Assembly (NCBI RefSeq): GCF_006345805.1
Contig: NW_021834535.1
Location: 1-47,459, forward strand
Source: Octopus sinensis
Lineage: Eukaryota
DNA length: 47,459 nt
Direction: 5' to 3'
Shown: piece by piece, positions 13,100 to 25,856 of the stretch
Numbering within the stretch: position 1 is the stretch's first letter
How the letters are laid out: each line of letters starts with the position of its first letter
Position numbers and translations under genes: made by a program
Notes under the pieces: model-generated
Told to the model about the DNA's origin: nothing
The model's input: only the letters and a program-made list of their open reading frames with translations
Databases searched by the model: none

Positions 13100-13526
13100 T
13101 AGTTTGCTCCTATTTTTTATTTTGTCACCTCCTTGTGCATAGAGAAAAAGTTTTCTTTTTCTTTTTTCGCTTTATTGCATACAGTAGTCTTCCACTTCTT
13201 GTTTTTAAATACTTTTCTAGTCCAACTGTTGTTATTTTATAGTAATTTTCTATCTGTGTCCGGTCACAGCCCCCGTCTAAGCGGGGTAGATATATTCTGT
13301 CTGCGTCTGTTCTAGGGTGGTGACTTTGTTACGCCGTTAACAGTTTTCTGGTTTTTCTATCTAGGTTTCCCAATTCAGTGATCTTCCAGTTTATCATGTT
13401 GAAGCTGTAATTTATGAATTGTATGACTGGCATGTTTATCTCTATTATCTTATACTTAGCATTGAGTTCACATTTTAATAATAGTCTAACATTTCTGTAA
13501 TAGTCTCTTCTAATTTTCTGTTTCTT
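13100..13526 (-). pseudogene. R4/Dong-like retrotransposon fragment downstream of the RT domain
   Basis: Minus-strand translation: KQKIRRDYYRNVRLLLKCELNAKYKI...YSFNMINWKITELGNLDRKTRKLLT.*.HHPRTDADRIYLPR...IENYYKITTVGLEKYL, with stops and a frameshift. Confidence 0.8.
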
Positions 13527-13587
13527 AATTTTTTTTGCATGGTTTGGGGGGATGGAGATGGTTTGATGTTGATTGGGTCATAATTGG

Positions 13588-13893
13588 GGCGAGCGTGTTT
13601 ACACGTGTTGTGCGAACAATGCAGATGATACACAGTTAGAATGCAAAATTTCATTTGGAAAATAGAAATAAATTTTTGTATTTCTCACACGGATCTAGTT
13701 CAGTACATTTAAGGATTAATACTTGCCCGGGTAAAGTCCCGCACTTTGTCATTATGGCGAGCGTGTTTACACGTGTTATGAGAGTGTCGGAGATGACACA
13801 CAGTTAAAATACATAATTATATTTGGAAAATAGAAATAAATTTCAATGAGTATTACTTGCTCGGATATAATCCAAAGCTTTGTCAGTTATTTT
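13588..13893 (+). repeat. Diverged tandem duplication, period 168 bp
   Basis: ggcgagcgtgtttacacgtgtt at 13588 and 13756. Shared atttggaaaatagaaataaattt and ctttgtca blocks. Confidence 0.85.
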
Positions 13894-14029
13894 AGGCTCC
13901 ATTCGATGTCTATATTCCCGATGATTTTGGATACATTGCGGAGCAGTATTTTATCGCTCTCACATGTTAAACGTCCCCGGAGTAATATTCTTTCATCGTT
14001 TTCAAATGTGAAATGTTCCCAGTGAAATA

Positions 14030-14084
14030 TCCTTTATCATTATTATCATTATTATTATTATTGTTATTATTATTATTATTATTA

Positions 14085-14115
<31 letters not shown>

Positions 14116-14134
14116 ATTATTATTATTATTATCA

Positions 14135-14175
<41 letters not shown>

Positions 14176-14182
14176 GTTTTTA

Positions 14183-14234
<52 letters not shown>

Positions 14235-14244
14235 CATTATTATA

Positions 14245-14295
<51 letters not shown>

Positions 14296-14666
14296 TATAT
14301 TATTATTATTATTATTATTAATAATATTATTATTATTATTATTATTCAGTAGTTTTATTTTTATAGTGTGCTTTCACTTCACTACCGAGCGCAGCTCTGT
14401 GTGCCTTGGGTACGTGCTGTGATTTGTTGTGATGCTCTAATGGTTATTGTATGGAAAGTGTTCTGCGTAGGATGTGTGCAGTGCCCAGTAGTGCAATTTT
14501 CTGTATGTTATACGTGTTTGTAAGTCCTGGTGTTTTTGTTATGTATTTGTCTGAATATTTTTTTATCATACCTAATGCACCTACTATGATAGGAATTGTT
14601 TCTGTTTTTACATTCCACATTCTGGTTACCTCTATTTCCAGGTCTTTGTATTTTGAAAGTTTCTCC

Positions 14667-14730
<64 letters not shown>

Positions 14731-14800
14731 GTTATTATTATTATTGTTATTATTATTATCATCATCATCATCATTATTATTATTATTATTATCATTATTA

Positions 14801-14835
<35 letters not shown>

Positions 14836-15000
14836 GTTGTTGTTGTTGTTTTTGTTGTTATTGTTGTTATTATAATTTGTTATTTGTTTTTACTGATACT
14901 ATTACTAATAATGTTCATATTATTATTACATTTTTTAAGCAACGTTTTTTTTCTTGTTTTTATTAGTTTTAATATTATTGGTGTTGGTGTTATTACGATT
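14030..15000. repeat. (TAT)n arrays flanking the Dong-like insert (14030-14345 and 14667-about 15000)
   Basis: Direct observation. Confidence 0.95.
14346..14666 (-). mobile_element. 5'-truncated R4/Dong-like retrotransposon: REL C-terminus plus 3' UTR, inside (TAA)n
   Basis: Minus frame EKLSKYKDLEIEVTRMWNVKTETIPIIVGALGMIKKYSDKYITKTPGLTNTYNIQKIALLGTAHILRRTLSIQ* (stop at 14444-14446), then about 100 bp of UTR running into TAA repeats. Confidence 0.9.
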
Positions 15001-15200
15001 TGATGCATAATTGAAACTTTCTTTACATACAGGGATAGATTGTATATCGAAAAGACAAGTGTGGTATGAGAGGAGACATTGGAATGAAATGAGACACAGA
15101 GATATTAAATACATGCAGGAAAGTATGTATGTATATATGTCTATATATATATTTTAACACACATACAAATATATATATGCATACAGATATATATATACAT

Positions 15201-15235
<35 letters not shown>

Positions 15236-15257
15236 TACATATATACACAATATAAAC

Positions 15258-15292
<35 letters not shown>

Positions 15293-15313
15293 ACATATAT
15301 ACACAAATAAACG

Positions 15314-15345
<32 letters not shown>

Positions 15346-15511
15346 TATTCAATGCATGCATATATGGATGACTGTATGGATGTGTGTATACACACACGCA
15401 GATACACGTACACTCATACACACAGACGCAGACACGTTTATATATATAGAGAGAGAGGGAGAGAGGGTGTGTTTCTCTAGAGAAAGAACAGGGGAAAATA
15501 ACAAAGAAAGT

Positions 15512-15553
<42 letters not shown>

Positions 15554-15703
15554 ACAGTTAAAAGCAATAACAAAAACAAATCTCAATATAAATAAATGAC
15601 AAACAAAATAAAATAGAAAAACGAATGCGAAAAACATAGAAAAAACTAAAGAGAGAGGGAGAAAGAAAGAGATTAGAGATACTGCGGAATGAGAGACAGA
15701 CAC

Positions 15704-15745
<42 letters not shown>

Positions 15746-16636
15746 ATTGAGTGAGTTAGAAGAATATGTGTCTATGTATATGTGTGTGAGTGTGCGAGTG
15801 TCTATGTGTGTCTGTGTGTGTGAGCGAAAAAGACGAAAAGAGTGTCAATATTTGCTCCAATCAAAAAGCTGCTTGCATAGATTGATTAAAGTAAGATGGC
15901 GGCGATAGCTGTAAACAATAAAAGATGTTTGCTCTCAGGTCACACATTTAATAGTAATTGTCTTTTGGTTAATATTGTTATTCCGTCTTCGCACCGCAAT
16001 GTCCTTGCTTTCTCGTTCGCATTCCAGCTTTCTACCGTTCTATTTCTCTCCTTCTCTCTCTTACTGTACCTCTGGTTCTTTGTCCCTTTTTCTACGTTTC
16101 TCTGTATTTTCTGTCATTACGTAGTTATACATTCATTGGTTTTCTTCTCTTGTGGTTGTAGTTGTTGTTCTTCTTTTTTTTTGTGGGGAGGGTGGTTACT
16201 GCTAAACGGAATTGCAAATAACAATAAATACAGATGAGAATAGTAGATACACACACACACACACATATGCGAACGAATAGGAGAGGAGATACACATATCT
16301 GTACACACAGACACACACATATACATGCATAGTTAAATACATACATACATACATACAAGCAGACAGACAGATGGAGGGATAAATACATATCTGCCTATAT
16401 ATATGTACACCTGTATGTATATATATATATATATGTACGCATGTATGTGTATATATATATATATACATATATATATACATATATATGTATGTATATATGT
16501 ATGTATTTATGTATATATATATATATATATATATCTATATATATATGTATGTATATGTAATGTCTTGCATATTTGGATTGTTTGGTGTCCAATTTATCAT
16601 TATTTTTAAGATGAAGATAACTTATTTGAATTTCGA

Positions 16637-16670
<34 letters not shown>

Positions 16671-16689
16671 GTATATATGTATCCTGTTT

Positions 16690-16830
16690 TATTATCTCTG
16701 TTTATTATCTCTTATTCCTTTCTACTGAAGAGCGTAAGCTCGAAAGGTAAAAGACTTTCACACATTCCCCAGCGTTAAACTAATACACTTGTTGCTCATA
16801 CACCTATCTTCGCCTTTTTTTATATTTGCT
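16690..16830 (+). mobile_element. Dispersed GAAGAGCGTA(A/G)GCTCGAAA repeat, copy 2
   Basis: Paralogous to 1640-1770 and 18660-18785. Confidence 0.55.
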
Positions 16831-16914
16831 GTAAATTTTAACTATATATAAATAGATAGATATAGATATATCGCTGTATCTATCTAGTTTTCTCTCAGTC
16901 ACTTACTCTCTTTC

Positions 16915-16977
<63 letters not shown>

Positions 16978-17303
16978 GTATATATGTAAAGGTTTCACGA
17001 CACCCTACAGGAAAGTTACAGTTGAAAAATAACATGTATGCAAGCACGCACGCCTGTAGACATGTAGGCATGTATGTATGTATATATGTATGTATTTATG
17101 TATGAATGTATTTTTGTCTGAATGCATGTATATGTATATATCTGTTTTGCAAACGCTCTCACCCTTGTGCACTGAGCATACGTGGAAACAAAATGGCCGA
17201 TAACAAACAACACCAATCCTTCGAAGACACACCAAGTTCTCCCACTAAAACAGTATCAACACCAATTTATATTGTTACGTCATCTAGTGCTTCAATGCTG
17301 CTG

Positions 17304-17366
<63 letters not shown>

Positions 17367-17564
17367 ACTACTACTGCTGCTGCTGCTGCGCTGCTGCTAT
17401 GTTTACTGCCATTGCTACTAATCGTAATTATAATATCTGTAATAATTATGATTCCTGTTATTTTTCACCCTGTACGTGCAAGAAACTCAAGGAAGCAAAG
17501 CTCGCTCATAGCCACATGTGTTATGCATGTACACGATGGACATCTCCGTCGGTATGAGAATCTG

Positions 17565-17930
17565 ATAACCGACTCTTTGTCAGTCGGAATGCTTATGTTG
17601 AATGTGACATTTGATTCCCACCAACGATTTGCAAACAAGCTCACAGATGCTGCAAGCATGAGGATTACAGGTCAATGCAGGTAGTATGTTTGTAACAGCT
17701 CTTTTCCTTTGCTTTGACTCCCTTAACCTGTTAATGCTGGTTGCAACAAAGTTATTTATACCATTACAACGATCTCCATATAAAAATGAGATTGGAGGGA
17801 TACATTATTCGGCTAGATACCGTACTAGCTCTAAGTTAGGTTTCAGTTAACGGCTAACCACAACGATTAATATCTAACGACTGTGTCAAGATTTCGTTAT
17901 TAGTCACTCCGTGAATTCTTTCAATGGGAG
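17565..17930 (-). pseudogene. RTE-like LINE ORF2 C-terminal remnant with a C2H2 zinc finger
   Basis: Minus: RIHGVTNNEILTQS...TET*LR...YGDRCNGINNFVATSINRLRESKQRKR...CSICELVCKSLVGIKCHIQHKHSD*. The CX2CX12HX4H spacing is seen directly; the RTE assignment is inferred from the motifs. Confidence 0.7.
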
Positions 17931-17977
17931 ATCACGTGTACTCTTCACTGGACAGTAAAAATTGTCTAGGGTGTATT

Positions 17978-18392
17978 CTCTTTACTCTTTTACTTGTTTC
18001 AGTCATTTGACTGCGGCCATGCTGGAGCACCACCTTTAGTCCAGCAAATCGACCCCAGGACTTATTCTTTGTAAGCCTAGTACTTATTCTATCGGTCTCT
18101 TTTGCCGAACTGCTAAGTTACGGGGACGTAAACACACCAGCATCGGTTGTCAAGTGATGTGGTGGGGGGGGGACAAACAGAGACTCACAAACACACACAC
18201 ACGTATATATATATATATATATATATATAAGACAGGTTTCTTTCAGTTTCCGTCTATCAAATCCACTCACAAGGCATTGGTCGACCCGAGGCTATAGCAG
18301 AAGACACCTGCCCAAGATGCCACGCAGTGGGACTGAACCCGGAACCATGTGGTTGGTAAGCAAGCTACTTACCACGCAGCCACTCCTGCGCC
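17978..18392 (-). mobile_element. SINE family B, full length with internal (TA)n(TG)n
   Basis: Minus strand begins ggcgcaggagtggctgcgtggtaagtagc and ends ...gactgaaacaagtaaaagagtaaagag. Confidence 0.92.
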
Positions 18393-18659
18393 TATATTAA
18401 TATTAATAATAAATATAATAAAGAGCAAATCTATCCACAAAATATATGTTATAGTTATATACAGCATATAATCACCACTACGTGTTTAAGCTGCAGCTAC
18501 TACTCAATATTGCAAATACAACCTTGCATTATTTTCGCTGCATCTTCATCAGAGTCCGTCCATTTAGTCATCTTCGGAGAGAAATCATTATTATAAATAT
18601 TAATACATGTGTATATATATATATACATACATATCGTTGAAATGAGTAGAAAAACAGAT

Positions 18660-18785
18660 GTCGAAGACAGGTGTAGGTACAATAAGTAAGTGTATTTGTT
18701 TATCGGTCGGGAAAAATGAAAAGGTCTTTTATGTTTCGAGCCTACGCTCTTCAACAGAAAGGAATAAGAGAGAATTAACAAAGAG
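18660..18785 (-). mobile_element. Dispersed GAAGAGCGTAGGCTCGAAAC repeat, copy 3
   Basis: gtttcgagcctacgctcttcaacagaaaggaataagagag on + is the reverse complement of the motif. Confidence 0.55.
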
Positions 18786-18888
18786 AAAATGAAAAAAATT
18801 TTTGAAATGATCGTTAATTTAAGTTATTCTTCCAAGTAGACCCTGGCGAAATTTGACTTACAACGCAAAGAACTGAGACTAATATCAC

Positions 18889-18933
<45 letters not shown>

Positions 18934-19571
18934 ATGTATATGCCATTCACGCATACACACAACGATATATACACACATCTATGTGTAAATACTTATATAT
19001 GCATATAAACATTTAATAATGAATCTAAATTCTAATCTGAGCGTATGTTTATGAATATGTATATACACGTATTCTATTTATCCATATCTACACCACACAC
19101 ATTCATTGACCACCAGTTCAATATATCCACATATATATATAAACGTATATACATATGTACATACACACATATATATAAATGTATGTAGATATTTGTATGC
19201 ATATATATATATATGCATGTATATATATATATATGCATATATTATGTATATACACACACATATCTATATATCTAAATGTATATGGATATATGTATGCATA
19301 TATATATATATGTATGTGTCTATGTATGTATATGCAAATGTATTTAAACATCGGAAATTAACGCTAAACAAAATGGCAATGCATAATCCGCGATTGCTTA
19401 TGGAAGGATGAATTCTGTTGGGTGTGATGCGTGACATGTTCAAGAAAGACAGAAGGAGAGAAAGAGAGGAAACGACATAATGGCGATTGTCGTAGAGTAA
19501 AGAGAGACATACGTATGTAGAGGACCAGTGGTAGGTAGAGGTAATGTATAAGGGGGAGTTGGAGGTGAGGG

Positions 19572-20236
19572 TTAGTATGAGGTAGTAATGAAAGTACGAT
19601 TGTTGGTGATGTATGTGTCGTTTTTGGTGTTGGTGGTTGCGGTGGTAGTGGTGGTCACGCGGGTGTTGGTGATTGTGGTGATGGCAGTGGTGTTTGTGTG
19701 GGTGGTGCTAGTGGTGTTGGTGTTGGTGTTGGAGGTTGTTGTCGTGGTTGTCGTAGTGGTCGTGTTATGGGTGGTGGTGATGTTGGTGTTGGTGGTTGCG
19801 GTGGTAGTGGTGGTCACGTGGGTGTTGGTGTTTGTGATTGTGGTGATGGCAGTGGCGTTTGTGTGGGTGGTGGTAGTGGTATTGGTGTTGGTGTTGGAGG
19901 TAGTTGTCGTGGTGGTCGTAGTGGTCGTGTTATGGGTGGTGGTGATGCTGGTGTTGTAGTTGGTGTTGGTGATACTGTTGCTGGTTTTGTTGGTTTTGGT
20001 GGTGGTCAAGTGGGCGGTGATGGTACTGATGGTGATTGTGGTGATGGTAGTGGCATTTGTGTGGGTGGTGGTAGTGGTGTTGGAGGTGGTTGTCATGGTG
20101 GTCGTAGTGGTCGTATTATGGGTGGTTGTGATGATGGTGCGGGTGGTGATTGTACGGATGGTGGTAGTAGTGTTTTGCAACACATATGAGCCAGCTGAAG
20201 TCTTTCTAAAACACAGGTCCAGTTCCAAAATGTGTG
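19572..20236 (-). CDS. Candidate mucin-like Thr-rich exon (unconfirmed)
   Basis: Acceptor ttctttattctgtcattcgtttctattttgtag| at 20237, phase 1 into an open Thr/Asn/His-rich frame with three higher-order repeat units and many N-x-T/S sequons. Could instead be a non-coding ACC minisatellite. Confidence 0.3.
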
Positions 20237-21015
20237 CTACAAAATAGAAACGAATGACAGAATAAAGAATCAAAATTTTACTTCCTTACACTTTAATCTT
20301 CATCATTTCCTTCAAATTGATTGTAAACAACTTTAGTATGATTTTTGGGATATCGTGCATTTCAGAATTGGTTGAATAATACAGCCCCATATGATTTGAT
20401 GTAACACAGGAGACTCATCTTAATAACTAAGTGTATTTGAATATTTCTCCCTTATATTTCAGGGTTCCCCAATTCCTTCACGATGAACGTAAACATCCTG
20501 AGTATGGTTCTTATGAAATCGTGCGTTTCAGAAGAACTGTTTGACCCATGCGGTTCTGTCTTCTGTAGGAAGTCCGCTCTTTTAAAAGCTAATTGTCTTA
20601 GCCGCATAGGCAAAATACAATGGCGCTGATATGACACGATTTGCATCTGCGAATATAGCTTTCTCAGTATGTCAAATACTTTTCCACATCATTTATTCTA
20701 TAATATTTATTTGAAATGTCAATGTATTAGAATTACCCGAAAGACATGGTTACTTCCGATTGTTCCGATTAAAAGTGGTGTAGAAAGACATGACCATCAT
20801 ATAACCTCGCACACAATATGTTCACCGATAAAGTGGTAGATTTTTCATCGAATCATTAAACAAGTTGATCAGGAAAAACTAAAAAAAAGAAAAAAACATT
20901 AAGCATAAAAATTACTAAGCAAGAAAAATAAGAGAAACTCAGGAAAAAATGTGAACACATAAAGAAAATGTGTATATACGTATGTAAGTGTATACATATG
21001 AGTATGTATGTATAC

Positions 21016-21049
<34 letters not shown>

Positions 21050-21057
21050 TAATATAG

Positions 21058-21170
<113 letters not shown>

Positions 21171-21349
21171 TGTATTTGTATAGGTGCGAATGAACGAACG
21201 TACATTTAAACGCTTGTAGGTAGGGGATTACCTGTGTACATACACACACACACACTCGTATATATGTATATGTATGTGTATGGAGGTCTGTATTCATATA
21301 TACGTGAGAAGGTGTATGCACATTATACTCATTATACCAGTTATACTCA

Positions 21350-21390
<41 letters not shown>

Positions 21391-21659
21391 TCATATATGT
21401 ATATGTATATGTATAATCAAATAAATATATAATCACATGCGCCCACTGGCATGCGTAGAATGTAGGCATGTATACGTGCGGTCATACATATAGGAACGTA
21501 TGTGTACGTATGTGCATGTGCGTGTGTGTATGCGTAGTTATATGCTTGTACATGTGGGTGCGTATATTGATTAGCGAACATTTCGGTGATGTAGCTATCA
21601 AATATTCGGTTTCGGCGTTGGAGAAGCTGAAAGCAGAGTATACGAAGAGAAATACAGCT

Positions 21660-22020
<361 letters not shown>

Positions 22021-22430
22021 GAGAGATAGAGAGAGAGAGAGCGTGACAGAGTGAAGAGGAGATGAAGAGGGAGAGCAAGAAAGACAAACGTTATTTACAA
22101 ACGTACATTTTAATTATCTCCTTGTCAATAGAATGAATCAAATCTAATCTACTATACACATTCTGTACATAGTAAACATCTAACTCGGCTGCCGACTCCA
22201 TTTTCAATGCCTGTTTTTCACCGCCGCCTTCCTTTCTGTTACGGTGTCATTTCGACATTTTCCCCCGTCGTCGGTCATCCGTTGGTTCGATGTTCATGAA
22301 TTTTGCTCTATTTTATCTTTGTTTTAGATATTGTTTTTATTTTTGCTTTTTATTTCTCCCTCTGTGTGTGATTAGTATTTGCTCTTATTGTGGTAGATTA
22401 TCTAACTTTTCGTTCTGTGAATGCATTTAC

Positions 22431-22506
<76 letters not shown>

Positions 22507-22647
22507 TCATCCATCGATCTAATTTCTATATCTATTTCCTCATCGGGTTAAAGTTAAATATTACAGTCCATAGAATCGTTGGACAATATACCCTCCGGTC
22601 GTTTTCTGTTTCATCTTCATCTCTATACACACACGTAAACATATTGC

Positions 22648-22686
<39 letters not shown>

Positions 22687-22792
22687 CAAATAAAAACATA
22701 CATATGTATTTATATATATATAGATAGATACATGCGTAAAAGAGTAGCTATATGTATTTTGGGGAACTTGTTTGTGTGGTCGTTTATATATG

Positions 22793-22825
<33 letters not shown>

Positions 22826-23092
22826 TGTATATATATATATTTATATATATCTATTATGTGGTCATATGTGCATGTGTGTATTTGTTATTGGATATTTGTG
22901 TGTTTGTTTCAACGATGAAAGGTGATTTAAGCAGCTTTGACGACACTCACCTGTTAATTAATTTCGCATTGGACAAACATGTAGCAGGCAGCCCTCAACT
23001 CATATATTTGCCACGTAATGACATTCACATGTATCATCTTTCAACACGGAAACTTGCTCTTTAAAACACACATACATACACACACACACACA

Positions 23093-23123
<31 letters not shown>

Positions 23124-23259
23124 AAGCAAACAAAAACATAGATAACGTATATACACTGGATAAGGTTGCACAAACCGATGTATGTAGTATGTATGTATGT
23201 TGTATGTTGTACTGTATATATATATACATATATAATTACATATATATATATATATACAT

Positions 23260-23299
<40 letters not shown>

Positions 23300-23512
23300 G
23301 TATATATACACATATATTAGTACATATATATATACATATATATATAATACATATATATAAATTCTTATGATGTTGAGAAATTAATCCTTGCCTCACACCA
23401 CACTAAGATATGAACATACAAGTAGTATATGTGCGTACAAATATGGTGTTTTGTGTGTGTGTGTGTATGTATGTATATGTATACATATATTCATATGCAT
23501 GCATCATTTGGC

Positions 23513-23567
<55 letters not shown>

Positions 23568-24212
23568 TATATCTATATTCATATGTATACATTATAAGTA
23601 TGCGTCTGTAGATATCGAGAGCAAGAAAGGGAGAGTCACAGATTGATAGAAGGATAGATATATAGGTAGCCAGCGTCAACGAGAGAGAAAAATAGATAAA
23701 TGGACAGACAAATATTTCTTCTTGGTTAGATTTCAATTATCTAATTTGCCAAGCCATCCCCTTGTTTGAACAAATTCTTTCATAACATAAACTACTGGCC
23801 AAACTAAATACGTATCTAACGAAATTAATTACTAAATTGTCAGTTAGACTCAAATGATTTTTTTTTTTATTTCGCTTTACTGTGACGGCCGCTTGTTTTC
23901 CACCAAGTTCTTTTTTATTGCTTCAAGCACCGTAGAACTTAGTGTTTCCGCACATTATGATATTGCCTAGTCTTTTGCTAATTTATGTTCCATTTTTTTT
24001 CCTTCAGCACTAGGAGTCGTAAAGCCAGATGCCTGGACTCCATAGTGTATAAAGGACAATATCGCAGCATTCTCCCTAAACAAGATGGCGGTCCGTTGCA
24101 GAATTAAAGGCAGACAGTTTTCATAGGAGGTGACAAGTCTTGAAGTTGACGGCTACTTTATTTTCTCGATCCATCAACATAGCTTTCCTCTTATGAATAT
24201 TACTCACGTGGT

Positions 24213-24435
24213 GAAGGCGGTGAGATGGTAGGATCGATAGCACGCAGGGTGAAATGCTTAAAGGCATTTCGTCCCGCCTTTACGTTCTGAGTTGAAAATC
24301 CGCCGAGGGTGACCTTGACTCTTATCCTTTCGGGATAGATAAAATAAATGCCAATCGAGTACTGGAGTCGGTGTAATCGACTTGCCCATTCCTTCGAATT
24401 TTCTAATCTTGTGCCAATATTTGAAACCGATATCA
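24213..24435 (+). mobile_element. SINE family A, diverged full-length copy
   Basis: ggcggtgagatggtaggatcg...gagttgaaaatccgccgagg...cttgtgccaatatttgaaacc. Confidence 0.85.
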
Positions 24436-24782
24436 CTCATATTGTGTACATGCCCTGTATGCCACAGAGTCGAACCGATCTCTGAAAATTGAGATGTTGA
24501 AGGTGATAGCGCCAGGGAATTAAATTAAGGGTACGTGTACCGCTGGAATACCCAATTAAATTCTAATTATGCGGGAAGTTGAACTGATTTAAGATGCAGA
24601 TTCTCCTCTTGCAGTTCGATGGATATCCATTCATTATGAGTTTGTGTTTGTGCGCGCGCTGGTGTGTACAAATGCTTACGAATTTCGTTCACGTTGCTTT
24701 TATGCATACACTTCATATATTCATATATACATATATACATATGTATATATACGCATAAATCTATCTATCTGTATATGTATGA

Positions 24783-24828
<46 letters not shown>

Positions 24829-25771
24829 CACAACAATCTATATATATATGTATTTATGTAGGTATTTATGTTACATGTATAATATATATATATATATATA
24901 TATATAATTAATAGATATGTATATATAATTTTCGGGATGGTTGGAAAAATTGTTAATTCCTCAGAAAAAAAACTTGCTCAAATTAAAAACAAATTAAATG
25001 TATTAAACTGGAAAAAAATATTTCAACAATTCAGACATTTTTTTCCCTTAATTTCTACGATTTTGATGGGGTTTTTATAGCAAAAGAAAACCTGTATAGC
25101 TAACTTCTTTTAATTAACAAATAATTAAGACGTTCAAATGTTAATTAATTTTAGGAGAGTCACAGCAAGTAGCAAAATTACATTATGTAATATCAGCGTG
25201 ATAACATGAACAGCCACACCCATTACCAAACACCGCAGTTTTTGCCAAACATTAATCTACACTCCAACGGTTGCTGCTGGCGCTACTACCACCGCTGCTA
25301 TCACCACCATCACCACCAGCGCCACCAGTATTACAACTACTAATTACTACAACGATTTACAATAATTATAATTGCTTTTAATTGTTGCATAAGGCCAGAA
25401 AGGTTAGTGCGAGGCTTAAGATGATTACATAGACGCCCAGCACTTCGCTGGTGCTTTCCTTCATCGACCCAAAGGGATGAAGGGCAGAGGGGTTCTCGAC
25501 GGTATTTGAAACGTGAAAGAAAAGAACCCAAAGAGATAGTGCTAACCATTTTGACCGACCCTCTAACGATTTGCCAGGTTGCTCCCTTATTAACACTAAT
25601 GATAATAATAATAGTAATAATAATAATGATGATGATGAGGATGATGATGATGATGATAATAATAATAATAATAAATTCTGGTTTTTAATTCTGGACGATA
25701 AAAACAAAGGGTTTTGTAAAAAGAAAGGTCCGTGTAAACATATGCTAACAAGAGAAGTTTAACAAGTAAAA

Positions 25772-25856
25772 ACTCCCAATAGAGTACGTAGCGAAGGGCG
25801 AAATACCGTAAGCATTTCGTCCAGCGTGCTAACGGGTGTGCCAGCTCCCCGCCTTT
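25772..25856 (-). mobile_element. SINE family A head fragment
   Basis: Reverse complement of aaaggcggggagctggcacacccgttagcacgctggacgaaatgctt. Confidence 0.75.

Noticed and set aside
17465-17659. Minus ORF ..WWESNVTFNISIPTDKESVIRFSY.. with a cag acceptor
   Set aside because: Another frame of the same strand gives the zinc finger and upstream motifs of an RTE-like LINE, which explains the sequence.
17106-17684. 192-aa plus ORF with MADNKQHQSFEDTPSS.. and poly-Leu
   Set aside because: It is stitched across a (CTA)n microsatellite, and its 3' half is antisense to the LINE remnant.
18490-18580. Minus-strand CTGATGA...GAAA
   Set aside because: No G10.1-C11.1 pair and no stem I partner after the UH site.
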